A stretch of DNA of 64,000 nucleotides from Minisyncoccota bacterium (GCA_035549255.1 DASZRD010000004.1:72667-136666), one strand, 5' to 3'. Numbered from the stretch's first letter, positions 1 through 10,719 are shown. A program made the numbers and translations. Notes: generated from the sequence alone by a model not told the origin.

Positions 1-363
1 AACCGAAGCTGCCATCTCCTTCTCGCGGAAGTCGCGATTCGACACGAGAGAGCTGAGGTACGTAGCGCCATGGGTGAGAAACGGCACGAACGCCCAGACC
101 AAGAGCGCTACGACGACGCCCGATGCCCAGGCGGGCACCATCGGGTTATGGCTCAAACAGCTCAGCCCGTGAGAGCCCGAAAAGAAGTTAGCCGCAATAG
201 TGTACGCGCAATCCGGGGTAAGTATATGCAACAGGAAAGCTACGGCGAGCACCGCAAGCACGATGGCGAGCGATTTTATAATCCCCCAGAAGAAATCCTT
301 CAAGATCCCAATCTGAATATTTGTGAGCTTGATACCGGTCTTCTCAAAAAGCGCGTTGTTCAT
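1..363 (-). CDS. Integral membrane protein, partial (C-terminus beyond window start); downstream partner of XRE regulator
   Basis: Manual minus-strand translation from ATG at 363-361 gives MNNALFEKTGIKLTNIQIGILKDFFWGIIKSLAIVLAVLAVAFLLHIL... with several hydrophobic spans and no stop before position 1. It is missing from the ORF track because it lacks an in-window stop. Confidence 0.4.
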   Translation of the reverse strand, partial: MNNALFEKTGIKLTNIQIGILKDFFWGIIKSLAIVLAVLAVAFLLHILTPDCAYTIAANFFSGSHGLSCLSHNPMVPAWASGVVVALLVWAFVPFLTHGATYLSSLVSNRDFREKEMAASV

Positions 364-373
364 AATTTGATTA

Positions 374-586
374 TTAGTCTTCTAAGATAAATATCTTCTC
401 GATCGGCTGGCCGAAGTAGCGCGCAAGCCGCATGGCCAAAGGTAGTGACGGCGTGTACTCATTCTTTTCCAGATAGTTAATGGTCGAGCGCGTGACGCCG
501 ACCAGCTCGGCCAGCTCGGCCTGGGTAATATCCTTCTCTGCCCGGAGGACCTTCAAACGGTTGGTGATTTTCGGTGTAGCATCCAT
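374..586 (-). CDS. XRE-family (Cro/C1-type) HTH transcriptional regulator, ~70 aa
   Basis: The track ORF is 374..622. The HTH core is ITNRLKVLRAEKDITQAELAELVGVTRSTINYLEKNEYTPSLPLAMRLARYFGQPIEKIF. The internal Met start at 586 is preferred because a perfect 20-nt palindrome lies within the longer N-terminal extension. Confidence 0.75.
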   Translation of the reverse strand: MDATPKITNRLKVLRAEKDITQAELAELVGVTRSTINYLEKNEYTPSLPLAMRLARYFGQPIEKIFILED

Positions 587-593
587 ACGACAT

Positions 594-613
594 AATGTAG
601 CATATATGCTACA
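594..613. promoter_or_regulatory. Perfect 20-nt palindrome ATGTAGCATATATGCTACAT, candidate operator of the XRE regulator
   Basis: The sequence is self-complementary and sits immediately upstream of the preferred XRE start codon. Confidence 0.4.
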
Positions 614-654
614 TCGATGCAAACCGCCGCACTCTGCGCTTACGCAGCCTCGTC

Positions 655-813
655 CTATCTAAGAAACCACCAATACAAGGCAGCGAACGCGAGCACGATG
701 CCGACGTTGACGATAAGCCGCTCCCAGAAGTGATCCCTGAAGAACAGCACGTCGACGCCGACAATAACCACCACCATAACCACGATACCAATGAGAACGA
801 GTATCTTGTTCAT
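655..813 (-). CDS. Small hydrophobic membrane peptide, 52 aa, between the exported protein gene and the XRE gene
   Basis: Manual translation gives MNKILVLIGIVVMVVVIVGVDVLFFRDHFWERLIVNVGIVLAFAALYWWFLR followed by TAG. It is below the 60-aa cutoff of the track. Its ATG lies 5 nt after the stop of 818..1345. Confidence 0.35.
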   Translation of the reverse strand: MNKILVLIGIVVMVVVIVGVDVLFFRDHFWERLIVNVGIVLAFAALYWWFLR

Positions 814-817
814 ACCT

Positions 818-1345
818 TTAGTGTACCTCGCTGAGCTGCGTGCCCGAGACTTGGAGATACTTCGACACGCCGACCGATGGCTGCGCGGTCATGGGGTCAG
901 TCGGCGCACGGTCGGCATAATTCACGATGATTTCTCCGTTTTGTATTTGAGTCGTCTGGGGAGCGATTCGGTCGCCCAGGAGCACCGCGTTGGTCCCCCG
1001 ATATCCGTCTGGGGTCGAGACGTCGGCGGCCGCGTAGTAGAAGGTGCCGCTGCCGCCCGAGGTCTGCGTAAGAATAAATACGGCGTCGGGCATGCCGTCG
1101 CCGTTGAGGTCGCCGGTCGCCTCATTGCCGAAGTACTGCGTCACGATCGGCGCCGAGGAATTGTCCTGCGCAACGTTGCTGCTCCCGTTCACAAGCGTCA
1201 CGGATGTTCCGTCGATATTATACGTAGCATTCTTGGGGTCATTTGTATTCTGGACCGGTACTGGTAATCCGCCGCGGTGCATCAGCCAATACCCTGCACC
1301 CGCTAGAATAATAATGAGCGCCACGAATCCTATGAAATATTTCAT
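818..1345 (-). CDS. Exported/membrane-anchored hypothetical protein
   Basis: It has an N-terminal signal-anchor (MKYFIGFVALIIILAGAGYW), is Thr/Gly/Ser-rich and has no recognisable catalytic motif. Confidence 0.6.
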   Translation of the reverse strand: MKYFIGFVALIIILAGAGYWLMHRGGLPVPVQNTNDPKNATYNIDGTSVTLVNGSSNVAQDNSSAPIVTQYFGNEATGDLNGDGMPDAVFILTQTSGGSGTFYYAAADVSTPDGYRGTNAVLLGDRIAPQTTQIQNGEIIVNYADRAPTDPMTAQPSVGVSKYLQVSGTQLSEVH

Positions 1346-1443
1346 ACCCTAACTATACGACCAATTTTACTGCTCCTCTAGGAATGTCACTTTTTATTTT
1401 AGCCCTTAAATATCGGTTTATCCGGTTCGAGCTCAGATGGGCG

Positions 1444-3624
1444 TTACTGGGCTTCCATCAGGCTATACGCCTCTTTCTGCGAATACTGCGCAAAGATACC
1501 TGTCGGCACGGTCGTGCCGATCGGCGCAAGAATCTCGGAAGCATAGGCTTGCTGGAACTTCTTAAGCGAAGCGAGAGTGCGGTCGACGAAGTAGGTTGTC
1601 TCCTGGCCCGGGGAGCCGGGGCCGGAGGAGCCGAGAGAGAATCCTGCGCAATTGAGGAATTTTTGCAGCGCCTGCACATCCGGGCCCTTGTCGCCAAAGC
1701 GCAATTGGCGGGTGAAATGGTAGTAGGGGCAGAATGTTCCGGTATTTGTTCGCGCGAAAACAGTCGTAGTCGTACCACAACCGCCATTAGGAAGAGAAGA
1801 ATTCCATCCCGGGGCTTGGGGACCCGAACACCAAGGCAAACTCCCTCCTCCTGAAGGAGAGGAGCTTGAGGAAGGCAAAGACGATCCGAAGAGGCCGAAT
1901 ACGGAGAAAGAAGACGTGGTGCAGGAAATGGTATTGGCGGATTCATTGACCGAGCAGTTATCAAGCGCCACCCATGCGCCGTCATGATAGTGATACAGCT
2001 TGAGAGACGACTCGTCCAAACCGGAAATCTCGCTGTCGGTATATTGATACGTAATAGTGACGGGCACATCAAAAGAATCTAAAACAGTGGACCCGTTGAT
2101 AATCGCTTTTACATCAAAGACGGTGACGCCAACTGTTTGCGGTGAAGCTTCGGGCTTGCCGTAGGTATCAAGCACGGGAGTGCTCGGTATGGCCTTGATC
2201 TGTATCACGAGAGAAGTCGAGGTGGCAGTAAAACCAACTGAGAAACTTTTTCCGCTGTCAGTGACAGTGGTGGTAGCGGTAGTATGTGCGTTGATCGTAC
2301 CGGATGAAGAAGAGGTTGGCGTAGCGCTATAGTCGCAACCGCTTGTGGTAAAAGTCTCATCGCTTGACGTAGCGGTGTTCCCTGCCGCATCGCGGGATAC
2401 TGCACCGTAGTGGTATATAGTGCACGCAAGAAGCGAAGACATGTTCTTCGAATGCGATGTTACCCGCGGCGAGGTGTCCGTTTCGGAGGTATAGGTAGAG
2501 TATGCCGAAGTCAGCCCATATGCCAATCGAGTCGAAGCAGATTCATTGGTGGTCCAGGTGACCGTTGCGCTGTTGCTACTAGGCGAAGCAACGACGCTAG
2601 AGATGACCGGCGGAGTAAGATCGACGGTTGTAAGCGTTTGCTCCGAAGAGGTGGCGATATCGCCGGCATTGTCTTTTGAAACGACGACGTAATAGTAGGT
2701 GGTAAAAGGCGTAAGACCGGTAAGACCTATGGAGTGATTGATGATGAGGGGCGTCGAACTGATTTTGATGGTGTAAGTGCCGGAAGAAGCACCGTACCAC
2801 ACCGTAGAGTCGGAAGACGTCGCGGCAGTATCCCAGGTAACGGTTGCGGTTGTTTCTCCGGTAGTCGAGGCGATGTTTGAGATAGCGACTGGGTTAGTGG
2901 CCTCGTCGTAGAGCGACGCTATCTGGTCATCCGTGAACGCCGTATCATACATGCGCACGTCGTCTATGGTGCCGGGGAAATAGCCGGCCGTGAGAGCGGA
3001 GCGGCCAATGCTCACCTCGGTCTGCGGAGTGTTGATGCTGCTGCCAAAGTTTTGCGAGCCACGCAGGACGCCGTTGCTGTAGAGGAGCGAGCTGCTCGTG
3101 CCGTCCCAGACCCAGCAGATCTGGAGCCAATCATCCTTGTGCCCCGCAATCCCCATCGCCACCAACAAGTCGTTGTGCCAGGTGTAGAACTGAATGTTGG
3201 GGAAACTGTCCATGTCTATGCCGAAAGAGTCGCCGCCAACGCCGTATTCGAAAATAGAATTCACGTCCGGAGTCCATGAGTCGTCGGTCGGCTTAAACCA
3301 CATGCAGACGGTCCGGGCACTGTTGCCTGAAGGGGGGAACGACCCGTTCACGGGCACGCTGATATAGGAATTCGTACCGTTGAAGTTGAGCCCGCCATCT
3401 ACTTGGCCGGCAGTCTCGTCGCTCGCGTCAAGATTATGCACGGTGCCATTGTTGCCGTTGCCGGAGGTATCGGTGACTGCCCCAGTAGACCAATTAATAT
3501 CGTCCGCATCCAAAGTCCAATGGCCGATGAGCGCCGCATGTGCCTGAGGGGGCGTCGCGAGAAACAAGAGAGAGGCAACAAAAAAGATAGGTAGGAAGAA
3601 ACCTGCTTTCCTAAGCATACACAC
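1444..3624 (-). CDS. Large cell-surface protein with LamG/concanavalin-like domain, fibronectin-III-like repeats and C-terminal peptidoglycan-binding domain
   Basis: It has a signal peptide. The N-terminal LamG-like motif is TLDADDINWSTGAVTDTSGNGNNG...ARTVCMWFKP. Repeats resemble FN3 (ATVTWDT...TYYYVV). The C-terminal motif KGPDVQALQKFLNCAGF...YFVDRTLASLKKFQ resembles PG_binding_1. Confidence 0.8.
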   Translation of the reverse strand: MCMLRKAGFFLPIFFVASLLFLATPPQAHAALIGHWTLDADDINWSTGAVTDTSGNGNNGTVHNLDASDETAGQVDGGLNFNGTNSYISVPVNGSFPPSGNSARTVCMWFKPTDDSWTPDVNSIFEYGVGGDSFGIDMDSFPNIQFYTWHNDLLVAMGIAGHKDDWLQICWVWDGTSSSLLYSNGVLRGSQNFGSSINTPQTEVSIGRSALTAGYFPGTIDDVRMYDTAFTDDQIASLYDEATNPVAISNIASTTGETTATVTWDTAATSSDSTVWYGASSGTYTIKISSTPLIINHSIGLTGLTPFTTYYYVVVSKDNAGDIATSSEQTLTTVDLTPPVISSVVASPSSNSATVTWTTNESASTRLAYGLTSAYSTYTSETDTSPRVTSHSKNMSSLLACTIYHYGAVSRDAAGNTATSSDETFTTSGCDYSATPTSSSSGTINAHTTATTTVTDSGKSFSVGFTATSTSLVIQIKAIPSTPVLDTYGKPEASPQTVGVTVFDVKAIINGSTVLDSFDVPVTITYQYTDSEISGLDESSLKLYHYHDGAWVALDNCSVNESANTISCTTSSFSVFGLFGSSLPSSSSSPSGGGSLPWCSGPQAPGWNSSLPNGGCGTTTTVFARTNTGTFCPYYHFTRQLRFGDKGPDVQALQKFLNCAGFSLGSSGPGSPGQETTYFVDRTLASLKKFQQAYASEILAPIGTTVPTGIFAQYSQKEAYSLMEAQ

Positions 3625-3788
3625 TTAATAATAGCATCCCACACGAAAAACCTTTTTGGATTCGAACCGATTTTGTAGCTTAAAATATAGAAACGAGAAA
3701 TTGACCCGTCTTGGACGGAAATGATGATTTTCTAAAATATCCTTACGGCGCAACGACCCACTCTGGTCATACGGTGCCGTGTCCTACT

Positions 3789-3862
3789 TGGCTGCCAGAC
3801 TTGGATTCGAACCAAGATAAACGGATTCAGAGTCCGTTGTCCTACCATTAGACGATCTGGCA
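3789..3862 (-). tRNA. tRNA-Gln (anticodon CTG)
   Basis: The reverse complement folds as a cloverleaf with acceptor TGCCAGA/TCTGGCA, anticodon loop CTCTGAA, T-loop TTCGAATC, discriminator G and encoded CCA. Confidence 0.75.
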
Positions 3863-3913
3863 ATACAGAGCAAAGATACCCGAAATCGGGCCAAAACTCA
3901 ACCGCGCTGCTGG

Positions 3914-5542
3914 TTATTTTTTCTCGCTCGCGGCCTTTATGAATGCTGAAAATAAGGGATGCGGGTGGAGCGGGCGCGAGAGGAACTCGGGGTGGAATTG
4001 GGTCGCGAGAAAGAACGGGTGGACACTCTTGGGCAGCTCGGCAATCTCGCAGAGCTGGCCGTCCGGCGACTTGCCCGAGAACACGAGCCCTGCGGCCTCG
4101 AGCTTCTCTATATATTCCGGGTTGACCTCGTAGCGATGGCGATGGCGCTCGCTCACCTGCGCCGCACCATACACCTCGCGCGCGATGCTCCCCTCTTTGA
4201 GGTCGGCGACATACGTGCCCAGGCGCATCGTGCCGCCGTAGTCTTGCTTGGACAATTTCTCCTTCTGGTCGGGCATGATATCGATGACCGGATGCGGTGC
4301 GTCTTTATTTACTTCCGCCGTGTTGGCGCCCGCGAGTCCCGCCATGTTGCGCGCGTACTCGATGGTGAGCCATTGCATGCCGTAGCACAGCCCCAGGTAC
4401 GGGATTTTGTGCTCGCGCACGTACTGTATGGCAAGTACCAAGCCCTCTACGCCTCGCTCGCCGAAGCCGCCCGGCACGATAATACCGTCATACTGCGAGA
4501 GTTCCTCGAGCGGCCGCGCGCCGCTTTCGAAGTCATTGGAGTCGAGATATGAGATCTCCGGCTTAAGGCTCTGATGATACGCCGCGGCTTTGATGGCTTC
4601 GATCACCGATATATACACGTCGGCCAGCACGTACTCGCCGGACTTGAAATACTTCCCCACGACCGCAACCTTCACCGCTTTGCTCCCATTCTTGGACTTC
4701 GCGACATAGGCGGCCCAATCAGAAAGGTCGCTGGCTTTCTTCTCGAGCCCGAGCACGTCGCACAGTGTGTCGCCGAGACCGTCTTTCTCGTAATTGAGCG
4801 GCACGTCGTAGATGCTGTCGACATCGGGCGCGCTGATGACGCGCTCGGGGCTGACGTTGCAGAAGAGCGCGATCTTCTCCTTGCGCTTGCTATCGAGCGG
4901 CACCTGTGCGCGCGCAAGTATGACATCGGCCTGGAGGCCCACTGAATTGAGTTCCCTCGAGGCGTGCTGGGTGGGCTTGGTCTTCATCTCGCCGATATTG
5001 TTGGGGATGGGCACGTAGGAGAGCATGACGATCGCAACATCTTTAGGCGACTCGTGCTTGAGCATGCGCGCCGCTTCGAGGAAAAGGATGTTCTCGTACT
5101 CGCCCACCGTGCCACCGACCTCGACGATCGTGATATCGGCGCCCGCCTTCTTTTGCGCTTCTTTGACGCGGCGAATCACTTCAGCCGGCACGTCGGGCAC
5201 CACCTGCACGTTGCGACCCTTGTACTCGAGGTTGCGCTCGCGGCGGATCACCTCCTGGTACACGCGCCCCGTCGTCATGTAGTTGGTGCGCGTAAGCGTC
5301 GTATCGAGGAAGCGCTCATAATTGCCCATGTCCTGGTCGCACTCGTCGCCGTCCTCAAGCACGAAGACCTCGCCGTGCTCGGTCGGGTTCATGGTACCCG
5401 CGTCGACATTAATGTACGGGTCGATCTTGAGCGCGGTGACCGCGAAGCCTTTTGACTTCAAAATCCGCCCAATCGAAGAGGTGGCGATGCCCTTGCCTAT
5501 GCCCGACATCACCCCGCCAACTACGAATATATATTTCGGCAT
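3914..5542 (-). CDS. pyrG: CTP synthase
   Basis: The N-terminus is MPKYIFVVGGVMSGIGKGI. Both the synthase and glutamine amidotransferase halves are conserved (GLCYGMQ). Confidence 0.95.
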   Translation of the reverse strand: MPKYIFVVGGVMSGIGKGIATSSIGRILKSKGFAVTALKIDPYINVDAGTMNPTEHGEVFVLEDGDECDQDMGNYERFLDTTLTRTNYMTTGRVYQEVIRRERNLEYKGRNVQVVPDVPAEVIRRVKEAQKKAGADITIVEVGGTVGEYENILFLEAARMLKHESPKDVAIVMLSYVPIPNNIGEMKTKPTQHASRELNSVGLQADVILARAQVPLDSKRKEKIALFCNVSPERVISAPDVDSIYDVPLNYEKDGLGDTLCDVLGLEKKASDLSDWAAYVAKSKNGSKAVKVAVVGKYFKSGEYVLADVYISVIEAIKAAAYHQSLKPEISYLDSNDFESGARPLEELSQYDGIIVPGGFGERGVEGLVLAIQYVREHKIPYLGLCYGMQWLTIEYARNMAGLAGANTAEVNKDAPHPVIDIMPDQKEKLSKQDYGGTMRLGTYVADLKEGSIAREVYGAAQVSERHRHRYEVNPEYIEKLEAAGLVFSGKSPDGQLCEIAELPKSVHPFFLATQFHPEFLSRPLHPHPLFSAFIKAASEKK

Positions 5543-5550
5543 TTTTCCTA

Positions 5551-6492
5551 TTAAACCTTAAGGTAGCGCCGCACGGCAAGGAAGCTCGCCACCGCGCCGA
5601 GGAGGACGCCCGAGCCGGCGATCACGAGGAAGAAGAGCGGGAAGTGCGTGATGAAATAGCTGAAGACGTTGATCCCGCCGAAAAAGTTCTCCGTGGCGCC
5701 GCCCATCCACCATGTGAGCGGATAGAAGAGTACGAGCGCGATCAGAGCCGCAATGAGCCCGTAGAGGATGCCCTCGACCATGAACGGGGCGCGGATATAG
5801 CTCTTGCCCGCTCCCACGAGCCGCATGACCTGTATCTCGTCGCGCGAGGAGTAGATAGCCAACCGCAGCGTGTTGAAGGCGATCGCGATCGTAAATATGA
5901 CCAGGATGGCTATGATGACGATGCCGATCCATTTCGCCGAATCGGTGATCTGCCCCAGACGCTCGATCGCCATGCGGTGCTGGTCGTCATAATAATCGAT
6001 CTTCTCGATAATCTGCGAAGACGAGGACGCGTCGCTGAGGGTCCCCTGCCCATTGAGGAAATTGGCAATAGCGTCGTATTCAGAGAGATCCTTGGCTTTG
6101 ACATTGAGTACAGCGCCCAGCGGGTTGTCGCCTAGCTCGTCAAGCGCCTGCAGCGTCAGCTGGTCGTTGGCATGCCGTTCGCGGAATTGCGCTAGTGCGT
6201 CATCGCGGGAGATGTAGCTTACCGTCTCCACCTGCGGCAAGGCCTCGAGCGAGGACTTGATCTCGAGGATGCTCTCCTCCGACGCGTCGGTCGTAAAGTA
6301 TACGTTCATGTCGGCCTTGTCGCGGAATTGTTCGAGCGTCGAGCCGAGGATTACGCCGATGAACATCGCGAGGCCGATCACGAAGAGCGTCAGCACCATC
6401 ATAAGGACGGATGCGAAGGAGACGAAGCCGTTGCGCCAGAAATCGAGCAAGCCTGCCCGCACGACCCTCTTCACGTTTACCCACTTTGCCAT
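5551..6492 (-). CDS. ftsX: Cell division permease FtsX
   Basis: It has four predicted TM helices and FtsX-like topology, and sits directly downstream of ftsE. Confidence 0.85.
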   Translation of the reverse strand: MAKWVNVKRVVRAGLLDFWRNGFVSFASVLMMVLTLFVIGLAMFIGVILGSTLEQFRDKADMNVYFTTDASEESILEIKSSLEALPQVETVSYISRDDALAQFRERHANDQLTLQALDELGDNPLGAVLNVKAKDLSEYDAIANFLNGQGTLSDASSSSQIIEKIDYYDDQHRMAIERLGQITDSAKWIGIVIIAILVIFTIAIAFNTLRLAIYSSRDEIQVMRLVGAGKSYIRAPFMVEGILYGLIAALIALVLFYPLTWWMGGATENFFGGINVFSYFITHFPLFFLVIAGSGVLLGAVASFLAVRRYLKV

Positions 6493-6501
6493 ATAGCTAT
6501 A

Positions 6502-7182
6502 TTACAGGATGTATTTTCCTTCGCGGTCGTCGCGCACCACGTGGCCGCGATCGAGGGTCACGACGCGCTTGCGCAGGCTGTCGATGACGCCCTTGTTATG
6601 AGTAGTGAGGATGATCGTCGTGCCGAGATCGTTGATCTTCTTGAGGATCTGCACAACCTCGAAGGTGTTGACCGGGTCGAGGTTGCCGGTCGGCTCGTCG
6701 GCGACGATGACGTCGGGCTGGTTGACTATCGCCCGCGCGATGGCGACGCGCTGCTGTTCGCCGCCGGAGAGCTCGTCGGGGAAATTGTTCATCTTCTCGC
6801 CGAGGTCGACGAGCTCGAGCACGTGCGGCACATCGGAGGCGATTTCCTCCTCGCTGCGGCCCGCCGCCTCCATGGCGAAGGCGACGTTCTCATACGCGGT
6901 CTTCTGCGGCAGGAGGCGGAAGTCCTGAAAGACGGTGCCGATCTTGCGGCGCAGGTCGTTGATGCGCCTCGAAGGCACCTCGTGCACGTTTACGGATTCA
7001 AAAAAGACGGAGCCGCTCGACGGCTTCTCTTCCGCGAGGAGCATTTTGACGAGTGTCGTCTTGCCTGCCCCCGAATGCCCGACGATAGAGATGAACTCGC
7101 CTGGCTCTACGGAGAAGCTGACATCCTCCAGTGCAACAGAGTTGTCAGCGTACACCTTCGTGACGCGGTCGTAGTAAATCAT
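6502..7182 (-). CDS. ftsE: Cell division ATP-binding protein FtsE
   Basis: Walker [13 protein letters not shown] signature [14 protein letters not shown] and Walker B VIVADEPT are present. The start was trimmed to the internal Met (MIYYDRV) so it no longer overlaps the prfB stop. Confidence 0.9.
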   Translation of the reverse strand: MIYYDRVTKVYADNSVALEDVSFSVEPGEFISIVGHSGAGKTTLVKMLLAEEKPSSGSVFFESVNVHEVPSRRINDLRRKIGTVFQDFRLLPQKTAYENVAFAMEAAGRSEEEIASDVPHVLELVDLGEKMNNFPDELSGGEQQRVAIARAIVNQPDVIVADEPTGNLDPVNTFEVVQILKKINDLGTTIILTTHNKGVIDSLRKRVVTLDRGHVVRDDREGKYIL

Positions 7183-7195
7183 GAACCTATCTATT

Positions 7196-8077
7196 TTACT
7201 CCCCCGCCCCCGGATGTGCAAAACTTTCTATGAACGGCTCTAAGTTGCCCTCGAGCACGCCCTCGGCGTCGCGGACCTCGACGTCCGTACGGTGATCCTT
7301 CACGAGCTTGTACGGATGGAGCACGTAGGAGCGGATCTGATTGCCCCACTCGATCTTCATGTTGCGCGTCAGGTCGTCGATCTTCTCCTTGCGCTCGGCT
7401 TCCAACTGGTGGAGCAATTTTGCCTTCACAATGGCGAGTGCCTTCTCCTTGTTGGCGCCCTGCGTGCGCTCGCCGTCTACATGCGAGGAGATGCCGGTCG
7501 GCAGGTGCACCACGCGCACGGCCGTCTCGCGCTTGTTGACGTTCTGCCCGCCCGGGCCGCCCGAGCGCGCTACGCTGATCTCGAGGTCGGTCTCCGGGAT
7601 CTCGATATCAGCCACCTTCTCGAGGACCGGCAGGACTTCGACCAATACGAAGGATGTCTGGCGCTTCTGATTGGCATTGAAGGGCGATATGCGCACGAGG
7701 CGGTGCACGCCGTATTCGTTTTTGAGTATTCCATATGCCTTCTTGCCGGAAATTTCTATTGAGAGGTTGCGGTAGCCGCCGTGATCATTCTGGTTTTCGT
7801 GGAGCACCTTGTACGTCCAGCCTCGCTTCTCTATGTATTTGCGATACATCTCATAGAGCATGCGCGCGAAGTCCTCGGCATCGTCGCCGCCCGCGCCCGC
7901 GACGATCGAGAGTATGGCCGGCCCCGCGTCATACCTGCCGCCGCCCGCGGCCTCGGCCTGGAGCTCTTGAAGTTCCTTAATCATGGCTTGCGCCTGGGCG
8001 GGATTGCTCCAAAAATCCGCGGCGGTCGTCGCGGCCTCGAGCTCCTTGATGCGCTCGTCTCTTTGTTCCTTTTCCAT
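7196..8077 (-). CDS. prfB: Peptide chain release factor 2 (short form, 293 aa)
   Basis: It carries the SPF tripeptide, the GGQ motif (SGGPGGQ) and a C-terminal [13 protein letters not shown] segment. Its ATG abuts a tRNA gene. Confidence 0.9.
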   Translation of the reverse strand: MEKEQRDERIKELEAATTAADFWSNPAQAQAMIKELQELQAEAAGGGRYDAGPAILSIVAGAGGDDAEDFARMLYEMYRKYIEKRGWTYKVLHENQNDHGGYRNLSIEISGKKAYGILKNEYGVHRLVRISPFNANQKRQTSFVLVEVLPVLEKVADIEIPETDLEISVARSGGPGGQNVNKRETAVRVVHLPTGISSHVDGERTQGANKEKALAIVKAKLLHQLEAERKEKIDDLTRNMKIEWGNQIRSYVLHPYKLVKDHRTDVEVRDAEGVLEGNLEPFIESFAHPGAGE

Positions 8078-8080
8078 CTG

Positions 8081-8153
8081 AGCCGGAGGCCGGGCTTGAA
8101 CCGGCGACCTGCGGTTTACGATACCGCTGCTCTACCAACTGAGCTACTCCGGC
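8081..8153 (-). tRNA. tRNA-Thr (anticodon CGT)
   Basis: Cloverleaf GCCGGAG-TA-GCTC-AGTTGGTA-GAGC with anticodon loop ATCGTAA and T-loop TTCAAGC. CCA is not encoded. Confidence 0.75.
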
Positions 8154-8198
8154 CTGTGCCGCCAAAATTTCTCGCCTGGCGGACGCTCTACGAGAGCG

Positions 8199-8271
8199 TG
8201 AGCCGAAGGCCGGAATCGAACCGGCGACCTACTCCTTACCATGGAGTTGCTCTACCATCTGAGCTACTTCG
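8199..8271 (-). tRNA. tRNA-Thr (anticodon GGT)
   Basis: Cloverleaf GCCGAAG-TA-GCTC-AGATGGTA-GAGC with anticodon loop ATGGTAA and T-loop TTCGATT. Confidence 0.75.
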
Positions 8272-8337
8272 GCTTATCGCTACAAGGTACAATAAAAAGG
8301 CCAAATTGCCAAAGTAAAAAGGCGCTATACTGGAAGT

Positions 8338-8715
8338 ATGAATGAAGCATTCCGCAAAATCGCGCATCGTGTGAGCAGGATCGCCGGCTCGCCGTGGACG
8401 TTTCTCTTAGCGGCAAGCGTCGTGATCCTCTGGGCGGCGACGGGGTGGCTGTTTAATTTCTCCAACACCTGGCAGCTTTTCATAAACACCATAACCACGG
8501 TCGTGACGTTCCTGATGGTGTTCCTGATCCAGAATACGCAGAACCGCGACGCGCAGGCGACCCATCTGCAGCTCGACGAGCTCATCAAGGCAAGCCGCCC
8601 CGCTCGCGACACACTCATCGGCGTCGAAGAAGACCCAGATAAAAAGATAGAGAAGCTCGAGCAGGAATTCACCAAGCTCCGCGAGCGCGTCGACAAGCAC
8701 CACCCGCACGAGTAG
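8338..8715 (+). CDS. Low-affinity iron permease-like small membrane protein
   Basis: The segment FLMVFLIQNTQNRDAQATHLQLDELI resembles the conserved core of this family. It has two TM helices, and a TTGCCA...TATACT promoter-like pair lies upstream. Confidence 0.65.
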   Translation: MNEAFRKIAHRVSRIAGSPWTFLLAASVVILWAATGWLFNFSNTWQLFINTITTVVTFLMVFLIQNTQNRDAQATHLQLDELIKASRPARDTLIGVEEDPDKKIEKLEQEFTKLRERVDKHHPHE

Positions 8716-9993
<1,278 letters not shown>

Positions 9994-10076
9994 ATAATGA
10001 CTAACACAAGGAGAAGTAAACTACCCCTTTATAATATACCTAATAGAATATTTTGTCAAGGTAGCGAGTAGAAGGT

Positions 10077-10445
10077 TTACGATTGTACTTTTGGTCTACC
10101 ATCAGTAATAGCGAGATAGAGAAGAAATACTACATTTACAAGAGGGACGAACATGATCCAAAACCAGTTCTGATTCATTCCAATAGTACGAAGCCTTTTT
10201 CGTGTTGTTCTTATAAGAACATACAATATAAGAACGAGACCTAAAAGAAACAGGATATTGAAGACTAGGGTAACCAAATAATCAGAATTGACTTGAGGTA
10301 TAAACCATAAAAATATAAGAGGTGTAAGCCCAGAGATAACACCACTCAGTATAGGGATTAAGAGTGGAAGCAAAAGATTAATAAGAAAATATTTTCCACC
10401 GGTAATCGTATCACCATCCAAGCCCAGTAGGTGCTTGATTTTCAT
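10077..10445 (-). CDS. DUF805-like small inner-membrane protein, in an AT-rich block
   Basis: It has three TM helices, and RKRLRTIGMNQNWFWIMFVPL resembles the conserved DUF805 motif. GC is ~35-40% against a ~60% background. Confidence 0.55.
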   Translation of the reverse strand: MKIKHLLGLDGDTITGGKYFLINLLLPLLIPILSGVISGLTPLIFLWFIPQVNSDYLVTLVFNILFLLGLVLILYVLIRTTRKRLRTIGMNQNWFWIMFVPLVNVVFLLYLAITDGRPKVQS

Positions 10446-10513
10446 ACTGAGATTGTAGCATTGCTTTTAGTGTCGATTGAACGCGAGGGGCAAAAATGCT
10501 ACTTTGAATCCAC

Positions 10514-10587
10514 GTCGGCGTAGCTCAGGTAGTTAGAGCATGGGACTCATAAACCCAAGGTCGAAGGTGCAAGTCCTTCCGCCGACA
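10514..10587 (+). tRNA. tRNA-Met or tRNA-Ile2 (anticodon CAT)
   Basis: Cloverleaf GTCGGCG...CGCCGAC with anticodon loop CTCATAA and a paired 1-72 (elongator-type). Confidence 0.7.
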
Positions 10588-10638
10588 CATTGGAATTTCC
10601 CTGTTTTTGCGCTACAATCGCCATGTTTGCGGGAGTAG

Positions 10639-10713
10639 CTCAATTTGGTTAGAGCACCGCCCTGTCACGGCGGGGGTTGCGGGTTCAAGTCCCGTCTCTC
10701 GCGCAATTGTTAG
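10639..10713 (+). tRNA. tRNA-Asp (anticodon GTC)
   Basis: Anticodon arm CCGCC-CTGTCAC-GGCGG, T-loop TTCAAGT, acceptor GCGGGAG/CTCTCGC. Confidence 0.8.
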
Positions 10714-10719
10714 GACAAT

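Noticed and set aside
70-390. A 106-aa plus-strand ORF at the window start.
   Set aside because: It is the mirror frame of a clearly hydrophobic minus-strand membrane-protein reading frame (1..363). Its own product is highly charged with no motif and overlaps the XRE gene terminus.
3651-3670. A GGATTCGAACC T-loop-like motif that suggests a second tRNA next to tRNA-Gln.
   Set aside because: There is no flanking acceptor or T-stem pairing, so no cloverleaf can be built.
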